A DNA stretch of 63,090 bases, filler included, from Eubacteriales bacterium (GTDB lineage: Bacteria; Bacillota; Clostridia; Oscillospirales; CAG-382): assembly GCA_045636665.1 (NCBI GenBank). It is 8 parts of 8 records of this genome, joined end to end, with 100 filler letters (N's around TTAATTAATTAA, not from the genome) between each part and the next. Parts side by side here need not be neighbours in the genome. Positions count along the whole stretch, not along the records: positions 1 to 8,748 come from JAZTXY010000009.1; positions 8,849 to 18,023 come from JAZTXY010000010.1; 6 more parts are not named here. One strand, written 5' to 3'. The notes beneath the pieces are model-generated. The model saw only the letters and a program-made list of their open reading frames with translations, had not been told where the DNA came from and searched no databases. The position numbers were made by a program, and so were the translations under genes. This document shows positions 1 to 9,928 of the stretch, in pieces. Within the stretch, counting starts at the first letter, position 1. Each line of letters starts with the position of its first letter.

Positions 1-5
1 CACAC

Positions 6-47
6 CAACTCCTTCGCTCACAGAACGACATGGCTACGATCCGACTT
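6..47 (-). other. MGI/BGI (DNBSEQ) sequencing adapter remnant (assembly artefact)
   Basis: Reverse complement AAGTCGGATCGTAGCCATGTCGTTCTGTGAGCGAAGGAGTTG matches the MGI adapter AAGTCGGATCGTAGCCATGTCGTTCTGTGAGCCAAGGAGTTG, as I recall it, with 1 mismatch. Confidence 0.92.
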
Positions 48-3000
48 ACCTCAACTACAGTGTAGCTGTAAACGCCTGCTTTGGTGTAATCAAGCTTATC
101 GAAGGTGAAAAGGTTTTTAACGTTTTTAGCGGTGGAAATTACATTGCCGTCTGCATCGACGAGGTTAAATTCAAACTCGCCGTCCTTAAGGTCTCTGCCC
201 GAAAGCACCTTTTCGCCCTTAAGGGTTACCGATACGGATGCCGCCTTGTATTCGTTTACAAATTCGATTTTGTCAACCGTCTTGCCGTTTGCGGTGATAA
301 CGCTGTTTGCGACAAGAGCTGCGCCGCCTGCATTGACATCGACGGTTACGTTGTATTTTGTTTTATCATAGCTTACGCCGCCGAGCGCCAAATCGTTTTC
401 AACGATAACGTAATATTTGACTCCGACCGTGTCGTAGCTGAGAAGCGAGAAGGAGAACGAGCCGTCGTGCTGAGCCCAAACGGTTTCAAGCGGAGCGATG
501 CCCTCGATGTTAAAGGAGGCATCGGTTTCGTAAATCGAGAACGAAAATTCGTTTTCGTTAAGAATTCTGCCGTTTAAAACCTTGTTGCCGCTGAGAATAA
601 GCGATGCATCGGTGGGGTCATAGACGTTGGTGAAGGAAAATTCCGCGTTATCGGTCTTTTCGCCGTTGATGACCGTGCCGACCGTTCCGTCGAGATTGTC
701 GACAAATTCGATAACGAGCTCATATTCCGAGGCGCTGTAGGTCATACCCGAAATAGGAGTCGCGTGGATATCCTCCTTAAGGATGTAGGTAACCGTTGTT
801 CCGACCGCATTCACGGGGAACGAAAGGTCTATATATGCCTTACCGTTTACGTCGGTGAGGTTGGACGTAACGACCTTGCTTCCGTTTTCATCGTAAAGCG
901 AAAAGCTAAAGCCGTTTTTGCCGATGACAGCACCCGAGGGTGCGGAAATTTCTTTGTTGATATTGATTTCGATTTCTGCGCCGACCGTGGGGGAATAGGA
1001 GTTGGTAAAGGTTGCGTTCACTTCCCAACCGTCGTTCGACCTGCTTACTGTTACGGGCGCGATAGAATCAACGTCGGTAAGCTCAAGTCTTCCGTCCATA
1101 TCGGTATCCGAAACGGTAATGCCGAAGTGACGGAGCGTGGTATCGTAGCTCATACCGGGAATGCCGTTGCCGAGCTCCTTATCGTTGATCTCGCTGATAA
1201 CGTAGCTGTAATAGCCCGCTTCGGTAATGCGTTCGTTCGAAAGGTCCATAACCGCAACGAGCTTGCCGTTTTGCAGGTCCTTCATCGCGGTAACGGTAAC
1301 GCGGTCGACATCATCGTGGTGGTCGCCCTCATGACCGTTGTAGCGTTCAAGAAGGAATTCAAATTTATCGCCTTCCTTGAAATCTCTGCCCAAAAGCTGC
1401 TTGATGACCGAAACCTCTACGTTGGGGGTAATCGGCTCGGGAATATAATTGTTTACAAGCGATGCGGTTGCGTTTGTGTCGGAGGATACGATTCCGTTAA
1501 GGTTTTTACTCTTGTCGGAAATCGAAAATCCTGCAGGGAGTATATTCTCGGTAACGCTGTATTTCGTGCCCTCGGGGATGCCGTGGATAGAAACGCTTTC
1601 GCCGTGCGCGAGCTTGAAATTGATTCTGCCGTTTTCGTCTGCCGAAACGGTGGTCGCGCCCTTGGAGGTAACCGCTTCGTATGCCTGATTTGCAACGTTT
1701 ACGTCAAGCGTAACCGAAATGTCAAATTCAAGCTCTGCGGGAACCTTGTAATCGCTTCCAAAGGGGTGGGTTACCGTCTTTTGAATGATAAGACTGCCCT
1801 TTACGATGGGGGTGTTTGTAAATTCAACGCTGTCGATAAAATAAGCGGTAACCTTGCCCTCTGCCAAGCCGTTTTCTGCCGCTTTTCCGTTTACCGAAAC
1901 CGTTTTGACCTGATATGCGTTACTTGCAACCTCGGTAACCGAATATTCGGTGTTTTCGGGGATGCCGATGATATAAAGAGTTTTGCCTGCGGGAACGGTG
2001 ACCTTGATTTCGCCGTTTACAACCTCGGCGGTGCCTTCGGTTCCCTCGTATTTGCCGACGTCGGCAAGAACGTAAGAATAGCTGTCCGCAAGAGTGATTC
2101 CGTCATCGGCATTAAGCTTGACGATAAAATCGAAATCGTTGCTCGCACCCGGCTCGACCGCTTCGAGCGTTTTTGTTATTGCGATGCCCTGCGCGGGTTT
2201 AAAATCAAGTCTGCCGTTGTTGCCGAGCAGGCTATGCTCCTCATAGGAAGAAATTGTTTGCTGAACGTAGGGATTGTTTGAATATCCGAGCGAATCGGTC
2301 TTGTTTTCGTCTTTGTTGACCACGTAATTGTCAACAAGGTGGCTGACGGTGCCCATCGGGATATACCAAGTGCCGTCGTCGCGCTGCTTCTTTTCCTCGA
2401 GAACCGCGTTGGTAAGCGCTTCGAATTCGATAATAAGCTCTGCGGCATTGCCGTCGTTTGCCTTTTCGGTAAGCGCAAACACCGCTCTGCGGCGGTAATA
2501 TTCGGTTGCGGAATTAAATCCCGATGCGTTTCTGTAGGAAACCACCTCGTATCCGCCGTTGCCGTCGGAAACGTAGATATCGCAATCCTCGTTGAAATAA
2601 TATCTTTCGTTTTCAACCGAAGGAGCAAAGGTAACCTTTGTGCCGATATCGTTAAGAACGTTGCCGTTGTCTTCCCAACGGTTGGTCCAGAAGCGATATC
2701 CGTTTGCGGTTTTGAACCTGCTGTCGGCAGCCGCCATAATATTATTGACGTTAAGCTCGTTGATATCCGAGCGAAGTCCCGTTTCGAAAACGAGTCGGAT
2801 AGGCGACGCATCGAGAATGTCAAGCTTGATATTGCTTGCGGTTTCGATGCTGTTGCCATCGAGCGAAACGCTGTAGGTCACCATAGGAACGAGCGAAGCG
2901 GGGATTTTCCAAACAACCGCTTGGTGTCCGCTCTTGATGTTGGTGTGAACCTGCACCGACATATACATCATATCGCTGTCCTTAATATTGCCCTCTGCTC

Positions 3001-4720
3001 TGCCCAAGAAGCCATAAGAACGGTTGATATAAACCGCATCCGCAGGGTGGTTTGTCATTCCCTCGTGCCAGAAGGAGTGATAACTGCCGTCCGCCTTTGC
3101 GTACCAGCCGATATAGTTCGAGAAATCGTCGTCGGAATTATAATAAAGCTGTTTGTAGTGTACCGCAAGCGCCGCAAGGTCTTGCGCGTCCTTTGTGTCG
3201 GCTATGCCGATACGGGACTTGATTGCGCCGATAAATTCGTGACCGAGCTCGGTCGGATCATCAATCGTGCCCAAGCCGTCTGCGGAGGTGTTGATTTTGG
3301 AGGTGAGCATTGCGCCGTCGAAAAGAACGTCGCCGAGAAGGATACCCTTAATATCCTTTACCTCCATATATTCGCCGATATAGTCCTCGAAGGTGATATA
3401 TCCCGAAAAGTCGGGTGTACCGCCCTGAAGGTGGGTGGGATAATAACGTGATTGGAAGATTATTTCATCAACAACCGCTTGGAATTTTTCGATAAGGCCA
3501 TTGCTGTTCGATGCAAAGAATGCGCCGTCGGCATAATCGATCGATTCGGTATCAAGCGTAGAATTGCGCGAAACCGAAACGGTGGTCGTGGTGACGCGGT
3601 AATTCTTGCCGTATGCGGGGACCGATACGGCAAGTGTGCCGCGATTTGTAAGGAGAAAATAACCATTCCAAAGATCTTGAGTGTTGCCTATGGGATCAAG
3701 AACGCTTATTGCATCGTCAAGTTCGTCTTCTTCGATGCCTTCGGTAAGACCGAGAGAATAAAACAGAGCTTTTCTGCCGTATTTTTCCTCAACTACCTCG
3801 CGCGAGTAAGCCGCGGTAAGCTGAGTGAGAAATGCCATGCCTTCGTTGGTATGTGCGCCTGTGCCGGAACTGTATCCGGTCGGACTTGCATAATTGCTCG
3901 TGCCGTAGGTAGGCGCGCCGTCGGACATAAGCACGAATATCGGAATTCTGGTGGTGCCCGCTTGGAAGCCATCCTGAATGGTAACGTCGTCAACGCCGTT
4001 AAACTGCTGTAACGCGCCGTAAATACCGCCCTGAATAAAGGTGCCGCCGATTACCTGTCTTTTGCCGCTAACGCTTTCGCCCTTGCTGTTTTTTACGTGA
4101 GAAACGTTGCGCCTCGAGCCTCGGTCGTAATATTCGGCAATTCCGATATATTCCTCGTCGTCACTAAACGAATACGAAAGGAAATTGCCGTTTTCCTCGG
4201 TGGTGACGTATCTGTCAAGCGGCAATAGGGTGGTTGCGCTGTCGGAATAAAGAATAATGCCTATGCGGTTATAGTTGTTAAGCGCCATAAGCGATTTTAT
4301 GGAAGCGTTGGTTGCATCGACCAACGCCTGAGTGCGGCCCTTCATTGAGCCCGAAACGTCAAGGATAAACATAGTGTCGCTCGGGAGATGGGTGTAGCCG
4401 ACGATGGTTTTATTCGCCGCGATTGCCGAAAGCGCTACGAGAAAATTGTTTTCATCGTTAAGCCTTACGGTTCCTTCGGGGAATGCGCTCGCATCGGTAA
4501 ATACCGATTTGTCGGTCCAAACACCGCCTGCGTGGTTGGTGTGAGTTACGTCGGAGCCGAACCATTGCTTCCAATCGTCCATTGTGGAATTATCGGCAAT
4601 CTTGTTGCTGACCGATTCGGGAGTCATCGCCGAAACGATCGGTACAAGCATAATTACCATTATTACGGCGAGAATGCCGGAGATTGCGCGTTGGAACGCA
4701 CCGTAGTTTTTTTCTTTCAT
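48..4720 (-). CDS. Large secreted VWA-domain adhesin with C-terminal Spy0128-like (pilin isopeptide) repeats; 3' truncated at contig end (>1550 aa)
   Basis: Missing from the ORF track because no stop is reached. RBS AGGAGG upstream of ATG 4720; signal peptide MKEKNYGAFQRAISGILAVIMVIMLVPIVSA; MIDAS motif FILDVSGS, GGTFIQGG, VLMSDGAPT; repeats such as GNKVLNGRILNENEFSF and GEKVLSGRDLKDGEFEF..LDYTKAGVYSYTVVE. Long + strand ORFs are its antisense shadow. Frame checked by hand only in parts. Confidence 0.88.
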
Positions 4721-4766
4721 CGATTTTTTCCTCCTAAAGTTGAAAAGCAATTTATGTCAATCGTTG

Positions 4767-5081
4767 TCAGAGTTTTCTTTTATCGCAAAGGCACAGTCCG
4801 ATATCTTCTTTTGCGTTTGAGTAGTATTCGCAATCACCGCACCAGAAATCGCCTTTTGGGTTTTTCGGACGGTAATGCTCGCAGGAATCCTGTATTCTCG
4901 TTGCGTAAGGGCGTCCTTCGCTTGTAAAGGTCGGCACGCTTATGAAATCGGGCATAATCGGTACAGGCCAGCCCTTTTCCCTTTCGTCTTCGGAATAATA
5001 TCCGTACTTTAAGGCGAAAACTTTGCCGTCGAGCTCGATGATTTTATAAACATCGCCCTCTTTATGTATTTTTCCGTCCAT
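4767..5081 (-). CDS. Small Cys-rich hypothetical protein (104 aa)
   Basis: RBS AGAGGTG before ATG 5081; C-terminal C-x13-CxxC-x12-CxC arrangement (DSCEHY..WCGDCEYY..GLCLC). Confidence 0.8.
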   Translation of the reverse strand: MDGKIHKEGDVYKIIELDGKVFALKYGYYSEDEREKGWPVPIMPDFISVPTFTSEGRPYATRIQDSCEHYRPKNPKGDFWCGDCEYYSNAKEDIGLCLCDKRKL

Positions 5082-5100
5082 ATAATCACCTCTTTTCAAT

Positions 5101-5157
5101 ATTATAAATAAAGCAACGCGCCATTTCACTACACCAAAATCGAAAATTTGGGATAGT
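5101..5157 (-). promoter_or_regulatory. Promoter (-10 TATAAT 5101-5106, weak -35 GTGAAA) with adjoining inverted-repeat operator ACTACACC-N14-GGGATAGT (5128-5157)
   Basis: Read directly; 17-nt spacer; the operator abuts and overlaps the -35. Confidence 0.6.
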
Positions 5158-5202
5158 TTTTCCTTGTTTGACTTCGTTAATGCGAAATTTTCTCAATAAA
5201 AA

Positions 5203-5232
5203 ACTACACCCCTCCGAACGGAGAGGTGTAGT
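5203..5232. promoter_or_regulatory. Second inverted repeat ACTACACC-N14-GGTGTAGT; also forms a terminator-like hairpin after the regulator gene
   Basis: Perfect 8-bp arms extended by CTCCG/CGGAG; T-tract follows on the - strand. Confidence 0.65.
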
Positions 5233-5240
5233 AAAATGCT

Positions 5241-6479
5241 TTATATGTATTGATATAATTCGTCGCGGCTATCACAGCCGGTCTTGTCCATTGCCATACG
5301 AAGCGCCTGCTTTACCGCGTTTACGGTAACGCCCATAATGTCTGCAATTTCTTTGTTTTGCAAGCCGTACGAGGCAAGACGCGACGCCTGCCATTCGCGC
5401 ACGCTTAAATTGTTGACAACTCGTTTTCCGAGCATTTCGTTATGGATAGCTGTCCAGCCGTCGATTAAGGTTTTCGATACCGATTTTACGTTGGCTAACG
5501 CTTCGGTCGATTTTACCGAAAGACGGTCATCCATAAGAAATCCGAAGCGGCGGCGGTATTCGGCAAGCGGAGTAAATAGCTTATCGGGGAGCGCAAGGTC
5601 TATCGCGCGGTCGAGATGGGGTATTGCGACAGCATCGTTGCCCGTGAGATGATAGGCGAGCGCGCAAACGAGGCGAAGATATATTTCAACTATTACAGAA
5701 CCGAACACGCAAACGTAGGAAATAAGCGGCTCGATGGTATAGGGCATCGCGCGTAAAAGCTCAAAGGTTTTATCCTTGTCCTTAAGTCTGCCGCAAGCGT
5801 GGTAAAGGTGCTTAACGTAGTTATAGGAAGCTATCGGATAATGGTTTGGCGGCAATCGGGTGAAATCACCGCGGCAAAACCAATCGGGAAAGGTTTCCTC
5901 CTCGGATGCCGAGATTATCACCGTAGCACACCAAAATTCAAGCGCGTGTTTTTCGTAATCGTTATTGCATTCGGTCGCTTTTAAGTAATCAAAGCCCTTG
6001 CGCCATACCTTGTAATCGCCGATAAAAAGCGAGGAAAGCGTTAATTGCATACCTACCGCAATCCTAACGTTAATATCGGTTTCATTATCATCAATATGCT
6101 TTAACGCAAGTGAAAGCGCGGTTTTGTGGTCGCCGCGGTAAAACGCAAGCTGAGATGCGAATATATCGTATTGCGTTTCATCGTGAGAAAGCGAAAGCAA
6201 AATATCCGCCGCACTGCCGGGCTTTTTGTAGGAATCAAGTATTCCGTTAAATATTTTTTTGCTTGCTTGAACGCTTTTTTCGGCTTTGACCTGCTTTTCC
6301 TCAACCGATGCGTTGCTTTTTTCTTTCTTTTCGATTGCAGTCGCAGGAATAAGCCATTCTCTGCCGTGACGGACAACGCCCGCGATTGCGCCTTGACGGC
6401 ACATATCCTGAACGCGTCGCGGTGTTACTCCGAGCTTTTCCGCGAACTGCTTTGCTGTTAAAAATTCCAAACGTATCAC
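5241..6479 (-). CDS. Transcriptional regulator: N-terminal excisionase-like HTH, central helical region, C-terminal LuxR HTH
   Basis: N-terminal FLTAKQFAEKLGVTPRRVQDMCRQGAIAGVVRHGREWLIP; C-terminal LSVREWQASRLASYGLQNKEIADIMGVTVNAVK. Confidence 0.85.
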   Translation of the reverse strand: MIRLEFLTAKQFAEKLGVTPRRVQDMCRQGAIAGVVRHGREWLIPATAIEKKEKSNASVEEKQVKAEKSVQASKKIFNGILDSYKKPGSAADILLSLSHDETQYDIFASQLAFYRGDHKTALSLALKHIDDNETDINVRIAVGMQLTLSSLFIGDYKVWRKGFDYLKATECNNDYEKHALEFWCATVIISASEEETFPDWFCRGDFTRLPPNHYPIASYNYVKHLYHACGRLKDKDKTFELLRAMPYTIEPLISYVCVFGSVIVEIYLRLVCALAYHLTGNDAVAIPHLDRAIDLALPDKLFTPLAEYRRRFGFLMDDRLSVKSTEALANVKSVSKTLIDGWTAIHNEMLGKRVVNNLSVREWQASRLASYGLQNKEIADIMGVTVNAVKQALRMAMDKTGCDSRDELYQYI

Positions 6480-6494
6480 ACTCTTTTCGGCACG

Positions 6495-6523
6495 ATTATA
6501 CTCCTCTTTTTTATAAAAGTCAA
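6495..6523 (-). promoter_or_regulatory. Sigma-A promoter for the regulator (TTGACT-17-TATAAT)
   Basis: + strand ATTATA 6495-6500 and AGTCAA 6518-6523. Confidence 0.7.
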
Positions 6524-6533
6524 TGAATGCAAC

Positions 6534-6570
6534 AAAAAACTCCCTTTCCGTTCAAAGAAAAGGAGTTTTG
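6534..6570 (-). terminator. Rho-independent terminator after argF
   Basis: AAAACTCC..GGAGTTTT stem flanked by A/T tracts. Confidence 0.6.
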
Positions 6571-6576
6571 TTTACA

Positions 6577-7566
6577 TTAAAGCGTAGCCGCCATAACAGC
6601 CTTTATGGTGTGCATTCTGTTTTCGGCTTCGTCAAAGACGATCGAGCGTTCGCTTTCGATAACCTCGTCGGTTACCTCCATACAGTCGATACCGAACTTT
6701 TCGTGGATATCTCTGCCGATAACGGTGCCGAGGTCGTGGAATGCGGGGAGGCAGTGCATAAATCTGCATTGTTCGCCTGCGTTGTTCATCAATTCCATCG
6801 TTACGCGATAGGGTGTAAGCTCGCGGATGCGGTCTGCCCAAACGTCTGCAGGCTCGCCCATCGAAACCCAAACGTCGGTATAAATAACGTCGGCGTCCTT
6901 TGTTGCTTTTATCGGGTCCTCGATAAATTCAAGAACAGCGCCCGTTTCGTTTGCTATGCTTTGACATTCGGCAATAAGAGAATCGCTCGGGAAATATTTT
7001 TTCGGCGCGCAGGCAACGAAATGCATACCCATTTTTGCACATCCGACCATAAGCGAATTGCCCATATTATATCTTGCATCGCCCATATAAACCAATTTTT
7101 TGCCCTTAAGCGAGCCGAAATGCTCGATTACAGTCATAAAATCGGCAAGAATTTGGGTGGGGTGAAATTCGTTTGTCAAGCCGTTCCAAACGGGAACGCC
7201 TGCGAATTTTGCGAGGTCTTCAACGATTTCCTGACCGTAGCCGCGGTATTCGATACCGTCAAACATTCTGCCAAGCACGCGCGCAGTATCGGCAATGCTT
7301 TCCTTTTTGCCCATTTGCGAGCCTGTCGGTCCCAAATAAACGGGATGCATTCCGAGGTCTGCCGCCGCTACCTCAAAGGCACAGCGTGTACGGGTACTAT
7401 CCTTTTCAAAAAGCAAAACGATATTTTTGCCCTCGCAAAGCTTGTGAGGAATACCTGCTTTTTTCTTTGCCTTTAATTCAAGCGAAAGGTCGATAAGGCC
7501 CTGTATTTCTTCGGGTGTGAAATCAAGAAGCTTAAGAAAGCTTCTGCCCTTTAAGTTCAAAGACAT
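6577..7566 (-). CDS. argF: Ornithine carbamoyltransferase
   Basis: EKDSTRTR carbamoyl-phosphate motif, [29 protein letters not shown]. Anabolic (argF) versus catabolic (arcB) role cannot be resolved here. Confidence 0.95.
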   Translation of the reverse strand: MSLNLKGRSFLKLLDFTPEEIQGLIDLSLELKAKKKAGIPHKLCEGKNIVLLFEKDSTRTRCAFEVAAADLGMHPVYLGPTGSQMGKKESIADTARVLGRMFDGIEYRGYGQEIVEDLAKFAGVPVWNGLTNEFHPTQILADFMTVIEHFGSLKGKKLVYMGDARYNMGNSLMVGCAKMGMHFVACAPKKYFPSDSLIAECQSIANETGAVLEFIEDPIKATKDADVIYTDVWVSMGEPADVWADRIRELTPYRVTMELMNNAGEQCRFMHCLPAFHDLGTVIGRDIHEKFGIDCMEVTDEVIESERSIVFDEAENRMHTIKAVMAATL

Positions 7567-7578
7567 AACGAATCTCCT

Positions 7579-8328
7579 TTATAAAACCTTAGCAAGGAAG
7601 TTTTGGAGGCGTTCGCACTTGGGAGAGCCGAAAAGCTCCTCGGGAGCGCCCTCCTCGGCAATTACGCCGTCGTCAAGGAAGATAACGCGGTTGGAAACCT
7701 CACGCGCAAAGCCCATTTCGTGGGTAACGACGACCATCGTCATACCCTCGCTTGCAAGCTCACGCATAACGTCCAAAACCTCGCCGACCATTTCGGGGTC
7801 GAGCGCGCTCGTCGGTTCGTCGAAAAGCATAACGTCGGGCTCCATACAAAGCGCGCGAACGATTGCAACACGTTGCTTTTGTCCGCCCGAAAGCTGATTG
7901 GGATAAGAGCTTGCGCGGTCGGCAAGGCCGACACGGGCAAGAAGCGACATTGCCTTTTCCTCTGCCTGCTCCTTGGATACCTTTTTAAGCATTATCGGAG
8001 CGCAGGTGAGGTTTTCGAGTATCGTCATATGGGGGAAAAGGTTGAACTGTTGGAAAACCATTCCCATTTTTTGGCGGTGAAGGTTGAGGTCGGTATTTTT
8101 ATCGGTGAGGTCGTTATTTTCAAAGAAAATATTGCCGCCCGTAGGGGTTTCGAGCATATTGAGGCAACGCAAGAAGGTCGATTTGCCCGAGCCCGATGCG
8201 CCGATAACGCAAACGACGTCGCCCTTATAGATGTCGATGCTTACGCCCTTTAAGACCTCGTTCTTTTGGAAGGTCTTTTTTAAGTTTTTAACGCTTATTA
8301 CGACGTTTTGTTTCATATTATCTGCCAT
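7579..8328 (-). CDS. Polar amino-acid ABC transporter ATP-binding protein (GlnQ/ArtR type)
   Basis: [42 protein letters not shown]. Confidence 0.95.
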   Translation of the reverse strand: MADNMKQNVVISVKNLKKTFQKNEVLKGVSIDIYKGDVVCVIGASGSGKSTFLRCLNMLETPTGGNIFFENNDLTDKNTDLNLHRQKMGMVFQQFNLFPHMTILENLTCAPIMLKKVSKEQAEEKAMSLLARVGLADRASSYPNQLSGGQKQRVAIVRALCMEPDVMLFDEPTSALDPEMVGEVLDVMRELASEGMTMVVVTHEMGFAREVSNRVIFLDDGVIAEEGAPEELFGSPKCERLQNFLAKVL

Positions 8329-8748
8329 CGCTCTTACGCAACCTCCTTTCGAAGATATTCAAAAGCTTTGTCATTACCACAACGAGTGCGAGGTAAACAA
8401 GCGCGAGAAGTATCAAAGGATTTACCGCGTCGTTCGTATTTGTACGGATAAGGTTTGCCGCACGGGTAAGGTCGACAACCGTAACGTAACCTGCAACCGA
8501 GGTTTCCTTTAAAAGCGCGATACATTCGTTACCGATTGCGGGAAGAATGTTCTTTATTGCTTGGGGGAAGATGATTTTCTTCATCGCCTGTCCCTTGGAC
8601 ATACCCAAGCTTCTTGCCGCTTCCATTTGTCCCTTATCGACAGCGTTAAGACCGCTTCTTATAAGCTCTGCCATATATGCACCCGAGTTGATACCGAATG
8701 CAATTATAGCAGTCATTATTCCCGTTGTGTCCGAAACGAAAATGATGA
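8318..8748 (-). CDS. Polar amino-acid ABC transporter permease, 5' truncated
   Basis: [30 protein letters not shown]. Confidence 0.92.
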
Positions 8749-8848
8749 NNNNNNNNNNNNNNNNNNNNNNNNNNNNNNNNNNNNNNNNNNNNTTAATTAA
8801 TTAANNNNNNNNNNNNNNNNNNNNNNNNNNNNNNNNNNNNNNNNNNNN
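8749..8848. other. Artificial contig linker (44N-TTAATTAATTAA-44N); identical linkers at 18024-18123, 48032-48131, 51070-51169, 54042-54141, 56821-56920, 60785-60884
   Basis: Six-frame stop spacer, repeated identically; genes are truncated at the junctions. Confidence 0.98.
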
Positions 8849-8961
8849 GAGGATTCGGTTGCGGGGGTGGAGCTTGTTTCGGTTTCATCGCCGCATGCTA
8901 CGAGAACGAGCGCGAACACGAGAACGAAAGCAAGCATAAGGGAAAGCTTTTTCATTGTCAT
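8849..8961 (-). CDS. Lipoprotein N-terminus, paralog of 9079-9849; truncated
   Basis: MTMKKLSLMLAFVLVFALVLVAC-GDETETSSTPATES; lipobox LVAC; RBS AGGAG. Confidence 0.8.
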
Positions 8962-8988
8962 AATTCTCCTTAATTTAAAATTCTCTTC

Positions 8989-9017
8989 ATTATACAATCT
9001 CAACCGCCAAATGTCAA
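8989..9017 (-). promoter_or_regulatory. Consensus sigma-A promoter TTGACA-17-TATAAT
   Basis: + strand ATTATA 8989-8994, TGTCAA 9012-9017. Confidence 0.8.
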
Positions 9018-9028
9018 GAACAAAAAGA

Positions 9029-9066
9029 AAAAAACGAGCTTCCCGTAACCGAGAAGCTCAATTTTT
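9029..9066 (-). terminator. Terminator after the lipoprotein gene
   Basis: GAGCTTC..GAAGCTC stem with T-tract on the - strand. Confidence 0.7.
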
Positions 9067-9078
9067 ATTGTTTATTTC

Positions 9079-9849
9079 TTATGCAGCGGGAGCGAAAACT
9101 TCAACTTCGTCCATCCAAACAAACGAGTTGCCGACGGGAAGAACGTTGATAACGAACTTGATGTAACGAGCACTTACGGTTTCAGCCGCGCCTGCGGTAA
9201 GAGAGAAGGTGCTCCAAGTGTCGCCTGCGACGCCGGTACCGGAAACGAGAACTATATCGCTAGCGGAAGCGGAAGCAACGAGAGTGAATTCGCCGTCTGC
9301 GGAATCGGAGGAGTAAACTTCAAGCGAGGTAGCGTCGAATTCGCTGGGAATGCCGATGCCCCAGTTACCGCCGGAAAGATATACGGCGTATGCTTTGGAA
9401 TCCATAGCTTCACCGAGGTCAACAACGATTTCAACCTTGTTGCCCTGAGTCTTGTCGGGAGAATTCCAGCCTGAAGACTCTGTAGTGCCGGGGTTTTCAA
9501 CATTCTTGTTGCCGTTGGTAAGACGAATACCGTCATCATCGAAATCATCGTTGCGGTTGGGAGCGGTTGTGGTGTAGGACTTGCCTGCGGAAATTACGTC
9601 GCCAAGCTCGCCGATTTCAACCTTGGAGGATTCTTCCTCGGGTTCGGAGGATTCTTCTGCTTCGGAGGATTCAGCAGCTTCAGAGGATTCTTCTGCTTCG
9701 GAAGATTCGGTAGCAGCAACAGAAGATTCGGTAGCAGCTTCGGAAGATTCGGTTGCGGGGGTGGAGCTTGTTTCGGTTTCTTCGCCGCATGCCACGAGAA
9801 CACACGCAAACACGAGAACGAAAGCAAGCATAAGAGAAAGCTTTTTCAT
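9079..9849 (-). CDS. Lipoprotein with Ser/Glu/Ala linker and C-terminal discoidin/F5-8-like beta-sandwich
   Basis: Lipobox LVAC; LTNG..IVVDLGE..ARYIKFVI..VWMDEVEVF pattern. Confidence 0.82.
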   Translation of the reverse strand: MKKLSLMLAFVLVFACVLVACGEETETSSTPATESSEAATESSVAATESSEAEESSEAAESSEAEESSEPEEESSKVEIGELGDVISAGKSYTTTAPNRNDDFDDDGIRLTNGNKNVENPGTTESSGWNSPDKTQGNKVEIVVDLGEAMDSKAYAVYLSGGNWGIGIPSEFDATSLEVYSSDSADGEFTLVASASASDIVLVSGTGVAGDTWSTFSLTAGAAETVSARYIKFVINVLPVGNSFVWMDEVEVFAPAA

Positions 9850-9885
9850 TGCGATTTAACTCCTTATTAATAATTAGTTTACAAC

Positions 9886-9914
9886 ATTATACTCTTTAAT
9901 CTCAAATATGTCAA
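9886..9914 (-). promoter_or_regulatory. Consensus sigma-A promoter TTGACA-17-TATAAT
   Basis: + strand ATTATA 9886-9891, TGTCAA 9909-9914. Confidence 0.8.
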
Positions 9915-9928
9915 GAATTAAAGCCCTG

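Noticed and set aside
764..4927. Long + strand ORFs (505, 370, 186, 179 aa); similar ones at 21909-23333, 29481-31088, 33293-39808, 51239-53200, 58583-59998
   Set aside because: In-register antisense shadows of well-supported - strand genes; no recognisable motifs
8749..8848. Recurrent TTAATTAATTAA palindrome within N runs
   Set aside because: Artificial six-frame-stop linker; ORFs crossing it are artefacts
9630..9770. 18-21-nt tandem repeats (also 18680-18940)
   Set aside because: Encode ordinary Ser/Glu/Ala lipoprotein linkers
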